Positions 39,061-51,259 of a DNA stretch of 64,000 nt are shown piece by piece. Within the stretch, counting starts at the first letter, position 1. Each line of letters begins with the position of its first letter. The notes beneath the pieces were generated by a model. It worked only from the letters and a program-made list of their open reading frames with translations, was not told the origin of the DNA and ran no database searches. Position numbers and translations under genes: made by a program. This DNA comes from Eutreptiella sp. 'Long Island Sound 2002' (taxonomy: Eukaryota > Protista > Euglenida), in NCBI GenBank assembly GCA_964036045.1, contig OZ038378.1, positions 11,594,001 to 11,658,000 on the forward strand, given 5' to 3'.

Positions 39061-39461
39061 ATCATGGTGAGATGTAGCCAATTCGCCGAGACCGGCACTT
39101 GAAGATCCCTGCCTCGAGCTTTCATACCCCGGCTCGAGGAGGAGGCAATCAGGGGCTTGAAGATCCCTGCCTCGAGCTTTTCCCCGGCTCGAGAAGGAGG
39201 CATTCAGGGGCTTTCTTTCTTCCTTTCCTTTCTCATAGGCGTAGGCGTAGGCAGGGGTGACGTAGCCACCTTGCCCACAAGTGGGCCAATTCTGATTGTT
39301 GCGTCTGTTGCGTCGCGATTTTCCGCGTTTTCCGCGGGGTTACAAGTGAGACTGGTTTACAGGGTTACAAGTGCAAGTTACAAGGCAAGGGCATCATGCA
39401 GCCTGTGCATTTGTGACCACGGCTTTTCCATCACCCATTCTACAGGATATTGTGCATCACC

Positions 39462-42400
39462 ATGAATTACGATTCAGTCGAGGACGTGGTTGCAACATAT
39501 GTTGCTCGCTATGCAGAGCACTATAGGCAATTTTGGTCGCATCCTTGGCCCACAAGGCCCATCAACGCACTGTTGGTAGACTTGCAGACCGTGGGAATCA
39601 AGGCAACTTCGATGCATGTGTTCCGCGCCCTCAATCGCTTGCGTCAATGTGGCGTTTTGGAGTTGACATACCAGCCGCCGATGTATTTGTTGCCGTTCTG
39701 TGATGCCTGCCATGCGTGCGGTGGGAATCTGGAAGCAGCCCATGTTACCACTCTGGAAGTATTGGGGAATGCTGAGGTGCTCATTCCGCGTACGATGTAA
39801 TCCGCTCTGCCAATGTTGTAAGTACCATATTGCGTTCCCGTTCTTCCTTAGGGGAGGCCGAAGGATATTCAACTTGTGAAGGGCACCTGTACTTCGTGCG
39901 ACATTCACTATACCTACGATGGTTTCACCGTTGGTGGTAAATCCTATCGACTCACCGAGGAACGGCCATACATGATGGTCACGAATAGGTGTGTGCAACG
40001 TCCGTTTTTGCGTCCATTTCCAAGATGTGTGCCTACAGTGCACAACATCTGTGCAATATTTAGGTCCGTCTTGCGCAAGCGCGACATCGATGACACGGAA
40101 GTGAGGTTGACGCTGCAACATGCTAGCTTCCACACACAAGGTCTTGTGTTGGGGATACCACCAAAGATTTTGAAGAAGGGTTTGTTCTTGCGTTGGGCCA
40201 TGCGCTATCACCGAGAGCAGATGGTGCAGGACGTCATGCCCGATACGGATCTCTGGGATGACTCACTCTTTGAGATGTTGAACACCCGCATCCGTAACAA
40301 TGGAATGCCTTCACGGCACCATAGGTGTGTGTTTACTACAGTGGTGTTACCCTTCGGTTTGGTGAGTGGACAACTACCATCTCTTGTTTGCGTCATGTGT
40401 AGGTGCACAACAGCGGGGCCCCAGCATGTGAGGCACATGAGTTTCAAGAAGGCCGGGGACGACAAAGTGGCATACCTTACTGCAGCTCTCCAGAGGTTTG
40501 AGGAGGTGGTGATTCTGGACGGGCACGAGAAGGTTTGCCACCGTGTGTGTCAACATCAACGTGGTGAGCGGGGACTACATCCAACAACAGGCTTGAACAT
40601 CCCTTTGCAATGCTCCCAATGGCCTGACAAGACTACTAGTTCTGCCTACTGCCGTGAGCATAAACCTGTGGATCAACCGGTCGTTCCCAAACTTTTGGAT
40701 GAGAGCGATGATGAAGAAGATGAGGTGATTGCCCTCCGTACGCGGGCCAAGCAACAACAACAGCCGACCAAGCCCAAGACTACAAGCACAGTGAGCGACG
40801 AGGGTTGCACGAAGACCTTCGTTGTGCACCCGGGCAAGACGTCGGGTCTGCTAGCAACTGCTCGGCCTTGCAACTGCATTATTGAGTTGTCGGAATTGAT
40901 ACAGCCGGAGTCTACGCACGATGTCCTCAACTGTGTCCACGCTCTGCGGGAGGATGGTGTCGTCATTCATTACGCTGGGTACGACAACGGTTGTCACTGC
41001 GACCCATCCGTTCGCAAGCACAAGGTTTCGACTTTGGAGGACGTGACTTGGTTTGTGGACAGGTATACTTGCAATCCTCATACCTTGCCATAACAAGGAT
41101 ACATGCAATGCATGGATGAAGCTTCTGCTTCTGTTGCTCATAGGTTCCACGAGGTGAACCACAAGTGTACGAAGTACAATGCAGACGACATCCCTGCCTT
41201 GGAAGGCGTCAACAGTGAGGCGTGCGAGCAGCTCTTCGTATGGTTGTCGCGCTTCAAGTACATTGCACCTACCATGAATGATGTCCGGTTCTTCTTCCTG
41301 CTTTGGAACGTTTGTGAGGCCCACAATCGCTACCTGGGGGCAGGGGGCGACCCGGCTGGCATCTTGAAGCCTTCTGCACCAACTATGGCACGTGAGGAGC
41401 AGCTGGAGGATCCCCTTACTTGGATTATTTTGATCGTTGAGCCGACAGTTGCCGTTAGCTTGTCGAACTTCCTTCTGCGGCAATCGGCGGCCTTGCATTG
41501 GGCAATGACGTATGCGTCGCCTTCCCCCAACACGCTCCCGGCTAACAACCCCGTCGCACACTTGGCACGCCCGGTTACGTCAACGGCATCGGGTTCGTCT
41601 GGTTACGTGGCCATGGGCTCCGTCTCGCGGCGCATTGGGTCCAAGCGCGCGCAGCCCCCAAGTCCAGCGTCAGCAACATCCTCACCGGCCCTAAAGCGAG
41701 TGGCCCTTGATCAGCCCGATGTGGACGGTATCGCGAAGCAGCTGTTTGCCACTGATTTGAAGGGGAAGGACGATCCTTTGTCCCCATCCAGTGCCGAATC
41801 TACGTCTTCCTGTGGTGCTCCTGTTGGTGCTGCAGGTGTGTGGCGGTAACCTAACGCCTTGGAAGCACTTCTCCGTTCCATGTTGCCATCATGTTACTCT
41901 TATCGTTGTAGGTGATCCAGCCGCGGAAAAAGAGGCCACTGTTGACGAAGGTGAATTGCACGGTGATGACGCGATACCGGATAAGGCAGCAGCTCCTGCA
42001 CCCCTTCCTCCGGGCCGTGCCCCTAAGGCCGTGGCACAGAAGAAGGATAGCGAAGGTTCCTGCTTCGTCGTGTTCCTGCTCCGTAGGTTCGCTGACACTT
42101 TACGCATATCACGTTTTCTTTCGTCACATGGGTATGTTTCGTCTTTCTAGTCCCCGACAAGTTGAGGCACCATGAAGTGGTAATGTCGGAGGGCGTCAGG
42201 AATCAGTTGAGGACCCTTAGTATTGAAGTTGGGGGTTTCAAGGAGTGGGATGCGGACAAAGAGGCGCAGGACTTCCAAAAGTTGCGGGAGCCACCCTCCG
42301 GTTTGTCTGTGGCGAACTACGACAAAATTGTGACCTTCTTCTTGTTGCGCTTGCGTGGCAACGAACCCATCGCGGTCCGCCCGGTGATGAAGGGCATCTT

Positions 42401-42776
42401 CGGCAAGGGGCAAGTGAAGTGCCCAAGTACAGTGGGTGTGTACAACTACACATGCGTTGCGAACGGGCCTTTTGTTGGTCGCAATACATCTCTTCTTTAC
42501 TTTCGTCCGTTTGTCCTTGCAACAGGTAAGGCCGTGCTGCTGCGCTTTCAGTATGAGGGGATGTTGCTGCTGCTGACGAAGAAGTCCCCCATGGCACCGG
42601 TGCCTTCGCTGTGGATCGTGTTGTTGCCTGTGCGTGGCCCAACCCCCATTATGCAGCAGTATGGTGTGGAGCAAGTCGACTGGAATAAGCGCGTGCAGCT
42701 GGTGCCGCCAAAAAGTTTCTTGCTGCCGAACAAGACCGTGGAGAAGCAGCAGCCGAAGGTTGGTGATCCGGAGTAG
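39462..42776 (+). CDS. Intron-containing KDZ transposase with N-terminal CxC5-like cysteine cluster and a C-terminal extension (944-995 aa depending on two in-frame introns)
   Basis: Exons 39462-39776, 39852-41062 (probable in-frame introns at 39989-40063 and 40325-40402), 41144-41835, 41912-42055 and 42151-42776, all GT-AG and phase-consistent. Motifs: CDACHACGGNL...CTSCDIHY; VILDGHEK; GLLATARPCNCII...ES; YDNGCH; VDR|FHEVNHKC; GVNSEACEQLFVWL; FFFLL...HN. Confidence 0.85.
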
Positions 42777-43269
42777 TCGGTGAGCGGTGTAAGTACGTGC
42801 TGTCTACATCACCGTCTACTTGCATTCATCGCTCCCATGGTGCCATTGGCACATGGTGCCCATTGGTTACACACTGTATTTAAGTTTTCACCTGTGTCCT
42901 CGGTTGTTTGAGTCCATCATATATGGCACCTTTTGCGTGGGCCGCTATGCCGTGGTATTGTGTTCCTACTGCGGTGGCTTGTCGCTTGTCTTCTGCATTC
43001 TTTGGTGTGCCGCCATGCTTGGCACCCTGCGTCCATACTCGTTCTTCTGTTCATAGTCACGTGTTGACTTTGGCGCTGCATACGGTGCAGCCACACATCG
43101 GACTCGAGTGGTAGCAATCACTCACCATGGGTCGCAGTTCGTGTTTTGATTTCGTGGCTGTTGTGCTTGCATTGGTCTCCTCTTTGCAGATGGGGTGGAG
43201 GTGTTTGGGCGAGAAGGGAGCCGTAGCAAAGAACGGTTAGGTGGTGCGTAGGAGTGAAGTTCTTTAAAG

Positions 43270-44235
43270 GGCCACAGGCAAGGCGGTACGCACAGAAGGC
43301 GGGGCGAACACAAGGCGGAACACACAAAAGGCGGTCTGTGGCCACCGCAGGAGTCATGTTAGTTAAGGGGCCTCAAGCAAGGCGGTGCACACACAAGGCG
43401 GAACACACAAAAGGCGGTCTGTAGCCACCGCAGGAGTCTTGTTATTTAAGGGGCCACAGGCAAGGCGGTGCACACACAAGGCGGTGCACACACAAGGCGG
43501 AACACACAAAAGGCGGTCTGTGGCCACCGCAGGAGTCTTGTTATTTAAGGGGCCACAGGCAAGGCGGTGCACACACAAGGCGGAACACACAAAAGGCGGC
43601 CTGTGGCCACCGCAGGAGTCTTGTTATTTAAGGGGCCACAGGCAAGGCGGTGCACACACAAGGCGGTGCACACACAACGCGGTAAACACAAAAGGCGGTC
43701 TGTGGCCACCGCAGGAGTCATGTTAGTTAAGGGGCCTCAAGCAAGGCGGTGCACACACAAGGCGGAACACACAAAAGGCGGCCTGTGGCCACCGCAGGAG
43801 TCTTGTTATTTAAGGGGCCACAGGCAAGGCGGTGCACACACAAGGCGGTGCACACACAAGGCGGAACACACAAAAGGCGGTCTGTGGCCACCGCAGGAGT
43901 CTTGTTACTTAAGGGGCCACAAGCAAGGCGGTGCACACACAAGGCGGAACACACAAAAGGCGGCCTGTGGCCACCGCAGGAGTCTTGTTATTTAAGGGGC
44001 CACAGGCAAGGCGGTGCACACACAAGGCGGTGCACACACAAGGCGGAACACACAAAAGGCGGTCTGTAGCCACCGCAGGAGTCTTGTTATTTAAGGGGCC
44101 ACAGGCAAGGCGGTGCACACACAAGGCGGTGCACACACAAGGCGGAACACACAAAAGGCGGTCTGTGGCCACCGCAGGAGTCTTGTTATTTAAGGGGCCA
44201 CAGGCAAGGCGGTGCACACACAAGGCTGTGCAGCC
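43270..44235 (+). repeat. Higher-order tandem array (83/99-bp units, 182-bp dimer) in the right subterminal region of the KDZ element
   Basis: GCCACCGCAGGAG at 43341, 43424, 43523, 43606, 43705, 43788, 43887, 43970, 44069 and 44168. Confidence 0.95.
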
Positions 44236-44259
44236 AAAAGGCGGTCTACCAACGCAAGG

Positions 44260-44598
44260 GTCCGGGTGGGGTGGGGGGCGGGGGTTGCTCGGGAAGGGCG
44301 GGGGGGGTGGGGGGTTGGTGGTGGTGGGGGGGGGGGGCAGGTAGGAGTAGCAACGTAGGGGGGGGGAGGTAGGGGGGGGGAGACGAGGTGGGGGGGGGAG
44401 GTAGGGAGGGGAAGAGGTAAGGGGGGGGAGGTAGGGGGGGGGAAGGTAGGGGGGGGAGGTAGGGGGGGGGAGGTAGGGGGGGGAGGTAGGGGGGGGGTAG
44501 GGGGGGGGGTTGGGGGGGGTTGGGGGGGGTAGGGGGGGGGGTTTGGGGGGGGTAGGGGGGGGTAGGGGGGGTAGGGGGGGGGGAGGTAGGGGGGGGCG
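44260..44598 (+). repeat. G-rich (GGGGGGGAGGTA)n subterminal tract, right end of the KDZ element
   Basis: More than 25 G-runs; the tract merges into the right inverted repeat. Confidence 0.9.
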
Positions 44599-47021
44599 AC
44601 TTCGTGCATACTATCAATGTGCAAAGTGGCGGTGTTTTGTGTCACTTAGGGTAGGTTTGTAGGCTGGAAATGCGGCAGGTGATGCAGCTGTTGTGCACAA
44701 TTCTCACCATCATGTCCCGTTGTGTGTTGCGTTGTTGAAGCATAATTGACATGAAATTGAGTGGCATACTTTTCTGAGACACCCGTCTATGGCCATTTTG
44801 AAGATAATGTGCAAGTGGCGGTGTTTTTTTGTCAATTAAAGAGGGTTACGGGTTGAAAACGCGGCAGTTGATGTGGTTGTTGTGCAGAATTCTCACCATC
44901 ATGTTCCATTGCTTGTTGTTTTGCCGACTGAAGCATGATTGACATGTGACACATTCATCTATGGTCATTTTGGAGATAATGTGCAAAGTGGCGGTATTGT
45001 TTTCAAAAATCCCAGGACAAATGAGAATCATGTATGCTGTCCCTGGCCCATAAAAATGTGATGAAAACCCTCAAAAGTGTGTACATTGTCCATCGTCCCA
45101 TGGAGAGCAATCTAATTGTGACAAAAGACAAAAGGGACAACTGTGCAGGAGAAGACGATGGTGGCACACTAACCTCGGTGCAATGCACTACCCACCTGAA
45201 ATGACCACATACGATTGCCAACCCATGCAATATTTCCCCTCCATTTCCCCCCAGTTTCCAGTTTCCCCTACCCCCCCCCCCCAGTTTGCCCCATTCTTCC
45301 TCCCCTGTGTCCCTCATTCCGTCAGCCTACCCCCTACATTAGCAGCCAAAAGTGGCATCTTTGGACCTTTCTCATCGAATTTCCATTTTGCCACAAAAAT
45401 AAAAGAAAATTCTCATTCTTTGCCCCGTTTCTCCCCATTTTTCCTACATTGGCAGATTTTTGGGACAAGCTTCCGGTAACATTCTGGAAACGGGAGAATG
45501 AGGGTCCTGTCACACTATCTTGATCAGCCATCGAATTCGGTGCTGTGCACTTGCCCTTTGCTGGTACCTTCATTCAAGGTCTGGACATCTGGTGTCAGGG
45601 GGTTGAAAGGAGCTGCCCGATGGCAGTGGGCTTGTCAACCTGTGGCGGCTGGCAGCCAACGGCCATGTGCTGGTGGTGCTTAATCGACAAAATGGACGGT
45701 AACCGCCAGCACTTCGGTCGACTGACAATGCTTGGCCAGTAACTGCCAGCAGCGGACCTGTACCACCACCCTGGGGCCTGTGTGGTCCCTAACAGGAAAA
45801 GAAAAAGAGCGGTGGACATCCTGCCCGCAGTCCACCAGTCAGCCACCTTGACCCTATCCCATCCTTCATGACCCCTGCACAACGCTCAGAGCTCATGGCC
45901 CTCCAAGCTCATGGTCCACCATTCGTGCCTGACAATCCTCAGCAGTCCTCCACAATCCTTCACAAACTGTCACATCCGTCCTCAGGACGGGGCCTTGTTT
46001 GAAAAAACTAGCTCTGCCTTCTGAGGACACCAGCAACTGGAAGATTCAGGCTCAAGAATTGGTTGATGGGCTAAAAAATCCGACACTTCCATTGGTTGTG
46101 GGAGGGACATGCTTGGGTACAAAACAAAAAGAAACCTAACTAAATACCCAATGCCAAATATTACCTGCATACTGAGGCGGTCAGCCCTTGAATCTCAACT
46201 TGTGGTTTCAACTGCTGCCAAATGCTGCCTGTAATTGCAACATTTTGAATTGCATTGCAAAACAGCACTCCCTCCTCCTCTTTTCCTATGTGCCTGTGAC
46301 GTGTTCCCCTCCTTGTGTTCTCGTTCCTGCGGGATTGTGACATACGCATGGCACTGGTCCACTTCTATTGAGGTTGTGGGTTCGCACCCCAACTCTAGGC
46401 CATCCATGCTGTCCAAACATAACCGCTACCAAATGGCAGGACCCTGGGCCGCAAAGCTGCTGAGGTCTGGTTGCACGACCAGCAGGATATAAAAACAACT
46501 TGTTGCCAAACCCATCGCAACAGGACTAAACCTGGCCATTTCCATCATGACCGTGACCAACAGGGCAAGGGCATGAGGTCACTGAACAAATTGATTTGTG
46601 GCATGCATCGTTGTTCCCCAGCCCTAAGCTGGTTGGGTTTGCTGCCTTACAAATTGGTCCTGAAAGGGACTGTGTGCAACACCCGCGGCGTAAGCAGGAG
46701 GTTCTCTGAGGTCGAAAAAACTTCCGGCTTTCTCGCGGGCATAGCACGACCCATAAAACTGCACGTCTCTTTCGCCAGTCCACACGCAGCACAGACCTCA
46801 AGCAACAACAGCAGGGCGCACAAAAAACAAAGACGCCAGTTGTACCAAACAGTCTTTATGGAACACACACACATCCTCCCCCACAGACCTCGGAGCGGCA
46901 CCAAAACGACATCCAGCCCCCAACCGGCAGTGCTCGCGCCCAGAAACAGAAAGAGTGCAATGTTGAAAGGGCAGTCGGCCTCGCGTCTGGCACGGCAGGT
47001 CGTCAGTGCACACACACATAC

Positions 47022-47178
47022 CGACGTACAAAAACACGTAGTCCATCACGTGCTGGTGGATGTCCGCCGCGTCTCCCTCCCCGGGACCGAAGCTGAAGTC
47101 CCACACGCGACACCACTCGTTCTCGAAGAGCAGCTCCGTTCCCACTTCCGTGTGCCATTTGGCAGCCTTCAACAGAGA
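47022..47178 (-). CDS. Bicupin gene, exon 4 (N-terminal half of cupin domain 2)
   Basis: CACAG|TCT...GTC G|GTATG, 157 bp. Reads SLLKAAKWHTEVGTELLFENEWCRVWDFSFGPGEGDAADIHQHVMDYVFLYV(G), with the LFEN..RVW.F...PG....H.H..DYV cupin motif. Confidence 0.9.
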
Positions 47179-48189
47179 CTGTGCATGGGAGAGCAGGAAT
47201 GTGCAGACGTGCTCTGCTCTGGGCGGGAGGCGGGGGTGGAAGAGGGGCCCCAGCTCGACAGGAGGGAGGAGGGGGGGGGGGGTCTACAATAGAGCCCCCG
47301 GAGGGCCTGTCTTGGCTGCCGTTCATCAACGCCGTCGACGAGGGGAGAAACAGGGCACGGGCGCACAGGGGGGACGGTAAAGAGGTTGAAGGGGCTGAAA
47401 TCCTGGGCGAAGGTATGGGGCACAGCAAAGGGGAAAGAGTACTGGGGCGGTCAATCTGTGGTGGGGCATTTGACGACATGTGTGTACACCTGCCGCGCGG
47501 AGTTTTCGAGGAGCGGCCGCACCGATTTGAATGTAGCTGTTCCTCAGGGTCGTGTGGATCGATAGCGTACGTGCCTTGGATGCAGACACACCCCGTGCTT
47601 CGCGGAAACACGAAGGAGCACTCCGCATACACCCGGGAGCTCGGGCCTTGCGTTGGCAGAGAAGCCCCCCAGTGATCACGTTACGTTGCTGGCCACTGTC
47701 TTTGTGGGGGCTCGCTCCCTCACAACCAAGTGCTTGCTGAGCGCCGCTGCGCGCGCACCCCTTTGCTGATCATACTTCTGCCTCCGCTGTGGGAAGCCAC
47801 TGCAAAGCACTGGAGCCCACGCCACGAGGTACAATCAAAGACGAAAATGCAAATAATCGGAAAAATTGGATCTTCAGTGACCCTGTCCCCTGACCATTGC
47901 CCCCCCTGGCCTGGTAGGGCCCTGGCCGACCCAGGCCGACCCACCCACCCGACCACATCACAAAACCGTCCCCAAGAACGGCTGCGAAAAACAAGCATGG
48001 AGTTAAGCACACGCCCAGGCCAAAGAAAGAGCTGGGAAACAGACCCCAGGGCGGCGGGCGGGGGGGCGGGCACCTCAAACCGAGCATTTCTGGATGGATG
48101 CCTTGACACTCTGCCCGCTGGTGCATTTGGGAGTTCCCGCAGGGCCTACACCATCATCCAACTCCGTCCCCACATCATGTGGCCCCGCT

Positions 48190-48460
48190 AGCCCCATGTC
48201 ACCAGATTGCCGCACTGCAGGGGGCAGTGGACAGTGGGTAGTCTTAAGTACACCGCCGCACTGCACGGGGCAGTGGGACCTGGGGCTCGTTCAGTATAGT
48301 GCCGCACTGCACGGGGCAATAGGTGGTGGGTAGCCTTCTCTACACTGCCACACTGTAGGGGGCAGTGGGCAGCGGATCGCCCCCAGTTTACTACCGCGTT
48401 GCGGGGAATGGGCAGTGCGTAGTCGTCAGTACATCGCCACACTGCAGGGGGAAGAGGGCA
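48190..48460 (+). repeat. Degenerate ~45-bp CACTGCAGGGGGCAGTGGG repeat block
   Basis: Repeated CGCACTGCA.GGGGCAGTGGG cores; same family as 51260-52130. Confidence 0.8.
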
Positions 48461-48707
48461 GTCACAGAAAACGTTGTTGGGTTGAAAAATCTAAGATTCA
48501 GCACGGAAGCCAAAACAGAGCCCCGCAGCGTTGCAGCGAAGCCAATGACACCTGTACTCGCAGCCCCAGGCCCCCGAAGCCCATGCCCTGCCAATCGACC
48601 CAAGAGCTTGTTACTTGTGGCAAATCGGAGCCTCGGTTATTATGAAAATGGTTGACAAGGACGGTGACTGTGTGATTCACTTTCACAACCGACAGTGCAG
48701 CGCTCAC

Positions 48708-48827
48708 CTTCACTTCCTCTTCGGTGTACAATGGCTTCTCATCCAGGAACTCGAAAACGATCTGACGGTACTCCGTGTCAGCCGTGTTCTCGATTTCCCA
48801 GGTTTGCCCTGCTTCAGCGAAAAAGAC
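48708..48827 (-). CDS. Bicupin gene, exon 3 (C-terminal half of cupin domain 1)
   Basis: TTGCAG|GTC...AAG|GTGAG, 120 bp, phase 0. Reads VFFAEAGQTWEIENTADTEYRQIVFEFLDEKPLYTEEEVK. Confidence 0.88.
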
Positions 48828-49833
48828 CTGCAACAAGGACCAGGCGCATGCAGTGAGTTCTGAGTGAAATCTGGACCTTTGTGACGATATCAATCAAAAA
48901 GACCAAACGACCCTCCTTTGTCCAACCCTTTGTCCAACCCAGAAGAGAAAGATGAGTTGGTATTGTGGGTTATGATTTGTTTGCATTCGACGCGCAACGT
49001 ATGGTCATGCCCAATGCCACGCTCTTGATTGCCTCCCTTGTTCACGCTATGTTCAGCGAGGTGGGAGGGTTTTAGCTGTAACCCAAGTAACAAAAAGTGA
49101 ACATAATGTAACCCGAGTATTGTGTACTCGGGCTGCAGCGCAAGGACGAAATACTCGGTTGCGCTTCTTTTGGTACTCGGGTTGAATTCTTCACCATCCC
49201 AAGCACAGGCAGCAGCAAAAGAGGGCGAACGTTCTGTCCACGCTGTTTGTCTGCCGAGTGACTCTGGAGCGTAGCTGCCCCGAGCGACGACCGTTCACCC
49301 CCACCCCGGGGGGGGGGGGAGGGGTTGCCGCCAGGTGACGGGTCCCCCCCCAAAGGGGGGTAGGGGTGGGACACCACCGTGGACCAAACTGTGCAGAATT
49401 CATGGTCGGTCACTTGGTTTTTGCTGTTGGTTGCCAAACGCTCTTGGATACACGCTGACATGCATAGATGCTCATGCTGTGAGGCACATGGCACAAACAA
49501 GCAGAATTCGTAATGCACTGCATCCATTCATCTGCCCCTATTGCTGAACAGGGACAGTGTAAAACTTCCTCTTACAGTCCCACAGGCTGCACATGTTGCC
49601 CATCGGTGACAGGGATGGACGAGCTGGTTGCAGCCGGCTTTGCTGCAGGCTGCTTTCCATGTTTGGGTGCAGGTTTGGGTGCAGATTTGGTGCCTCTGGC
49701 TTTTTGGGGATCCACTTTTCCTCCGGGATGTCCCGGGTAACATACAAGCGGGAGGGGAGGGGAGGTACTCCAAGGGTTTTATTCTTAAGTCCCGGCCTGC
49801 TATCTTGGACCTGTTGGGTGCCTGGGCGTCCTC

Positions 49834-49975
49834 CCCCCTGTGTGACATAAAGTCCATCTCTGGTTGCTTTACGGGGCCCAGGACAGTCACCCGTTTATCC
49901 TTCACCGCATGATGCAGTGTCGGTCTTCTCCTTCTTCTCATGAAGGTCCGCCAAGCCGCTGTCTTGACCCCACCA
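49834..49975 (+). repeat. Diverged copy of the CCCCCTGTGTGACA-headed dispersed repeat
   Basis: Shares the head and the TTTACGGGGCC..GGACAGTCACCCGTT core with the copy at 35124. Confidence 0.7.
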
Positions 49976-50875
49976 TTTCTGTTTCTCCATGGCGGCGGGT
50001 TGTGGTGGTCAAGACATTAAGGATCCATACGGCATTAACCTTCGCTCAGACCCCAGCCCGTGGTGTGGCGCCCGCGCTGCAGGCCCCCAGTGGTGGTCTC
50101 GGCGATTACCCCCCGCCGGTTCGCTCACCTTGTGGGCGGACGGTGAAACCTTGCCTACTCAGGCACCCAGCCACCAGACAGCGCCTGTTTAATAAGGGAA
50201 GGAAAAGGTAAAAAATAAAATTCCAAGCAGCGCTGTCAGCGGGTGACAGGAGGGTTCTTTAATCAATCACTGTCCCAATGTGGCCTGCCAGACACTCGAT
50301 AATGCCCTGCAGCTTCGCGAATTCACTGGATTTGATCTAGGGGGGCGCGTGCACGCAACTTCGCTGAATTTTGGTCTAAGTGGGCGCGCGCGCGTGAGTT
50401 CACTGGATTTTGGTCCAGCCGCGCAAATACAAGCGTACCACTTCTTGAGCAGTCCCATACGATAAGACACGAGCCAAAAAGAAAAGAACAGACTCTGTAC
50501 AAAAGAGCCATGGGGTAATTCAAACGCTGCTCGGGCGACAAGATTCAAGATCATATGCAAACTGTTTGTTTATGTCATGGAGTGAAGGCTGCCTGGGTAC
50601 CGTATGGAGGTCCTATTTGGCTGGGGGTTGGGGGGGGGGGGGGGTGGATGCTGTTCGGGCGCTCATCTGCTCCACATCTTGACTCATGATTTACATGGAT
50701 TACAGTTAATCTCACCAACTTGGCCCAGATACAGGCCCTTGTGGGCAGGTGGGCACGCATGCAAGCCCAGTGCCCCAAAGAAGAATAGCACAAAAGCCTT
50801 GCGGATGAGGCGGCAGTTTGGGCAAAGCCATGTTCGCCACTGCTTTGCAATGCATGGGGGAAGATGGCGAATGAC

Positions 50876-50947
50876 CTGCTTGGCCTTCACGGCAGCTTCC
50901 ATGCTGCTTCCATCAATGGACAAGATGTGGCTGGCAGGAATGTCGGC
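50876..50947 (-). CDS. Bicupin gene, exon 2
   Basis: CCACAG|GCC...CAG|GTCAT, 72 bp, phase 0. Reads ADIPASHILSIDGSSMEAAVKAKQ and bridges RWQ and VFFAEAG to complete a cupin fold. Confidence 0.78.
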
Positions 50948-51259
50948 CTGTGGAGGACAGGGCAGGGCAGTGGATGCAATGGTCACAGCAAGCAAACCAT
51001 GCTTCTGGACACACGGGTGCATTGTGGTGTATTGTAGCAGTGTGTGCATGGGCACAGGTGTGCTGTGGTGTGGTGCAACAGTGTGTGCTGAAGGTGCTGT
51101 GACCAAAATGGCACAGGTCGGGATGTCTTGCACATTGGAAAACGCCAAAAACGGGTGGGCCCTGGTCCTTAACCTTGGACCTAACCCTGAGCCCTGTGCA
51201 CTTATGGTGGGGTCCAAGGCACTCCTCCCAGCTGGGGGCCACATCAGTTCAAGGTGGGG

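Larger units (their letters stand above)
38131..44615 (+). mobile_element. Apparently intact KDZ (Dileera/Zisupton-type) DNA transposon, 6485 bp
   Basis: Perfect 24-bp inverted repeat GCACGAAGTCGCCCCCCCCTACCT at 38139-38162 and 44584-44607. AATGTGC direct repeat at 38124-38130 and 44616-44622. An uninterrupted copy of the target, ATGGTCATTTTGGAGATAATGTGCAAAGTGGCGGT, lies at 44961-44995. The element encodes a KDZ transposase. Confidence 0.88.

Noticed and set aside
43270-44235. CRISPR-like regular array
   Set aside because: The sequence between repeats is also repeated, so there are no unique spacers. There are no cas genes, the context is eukaryotic, and the array lies within a transposon.
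44190-44645. Extensin-like poly-proline ORFs
   Set aside because: Translation artefact of the G-run tract at the transposon end.
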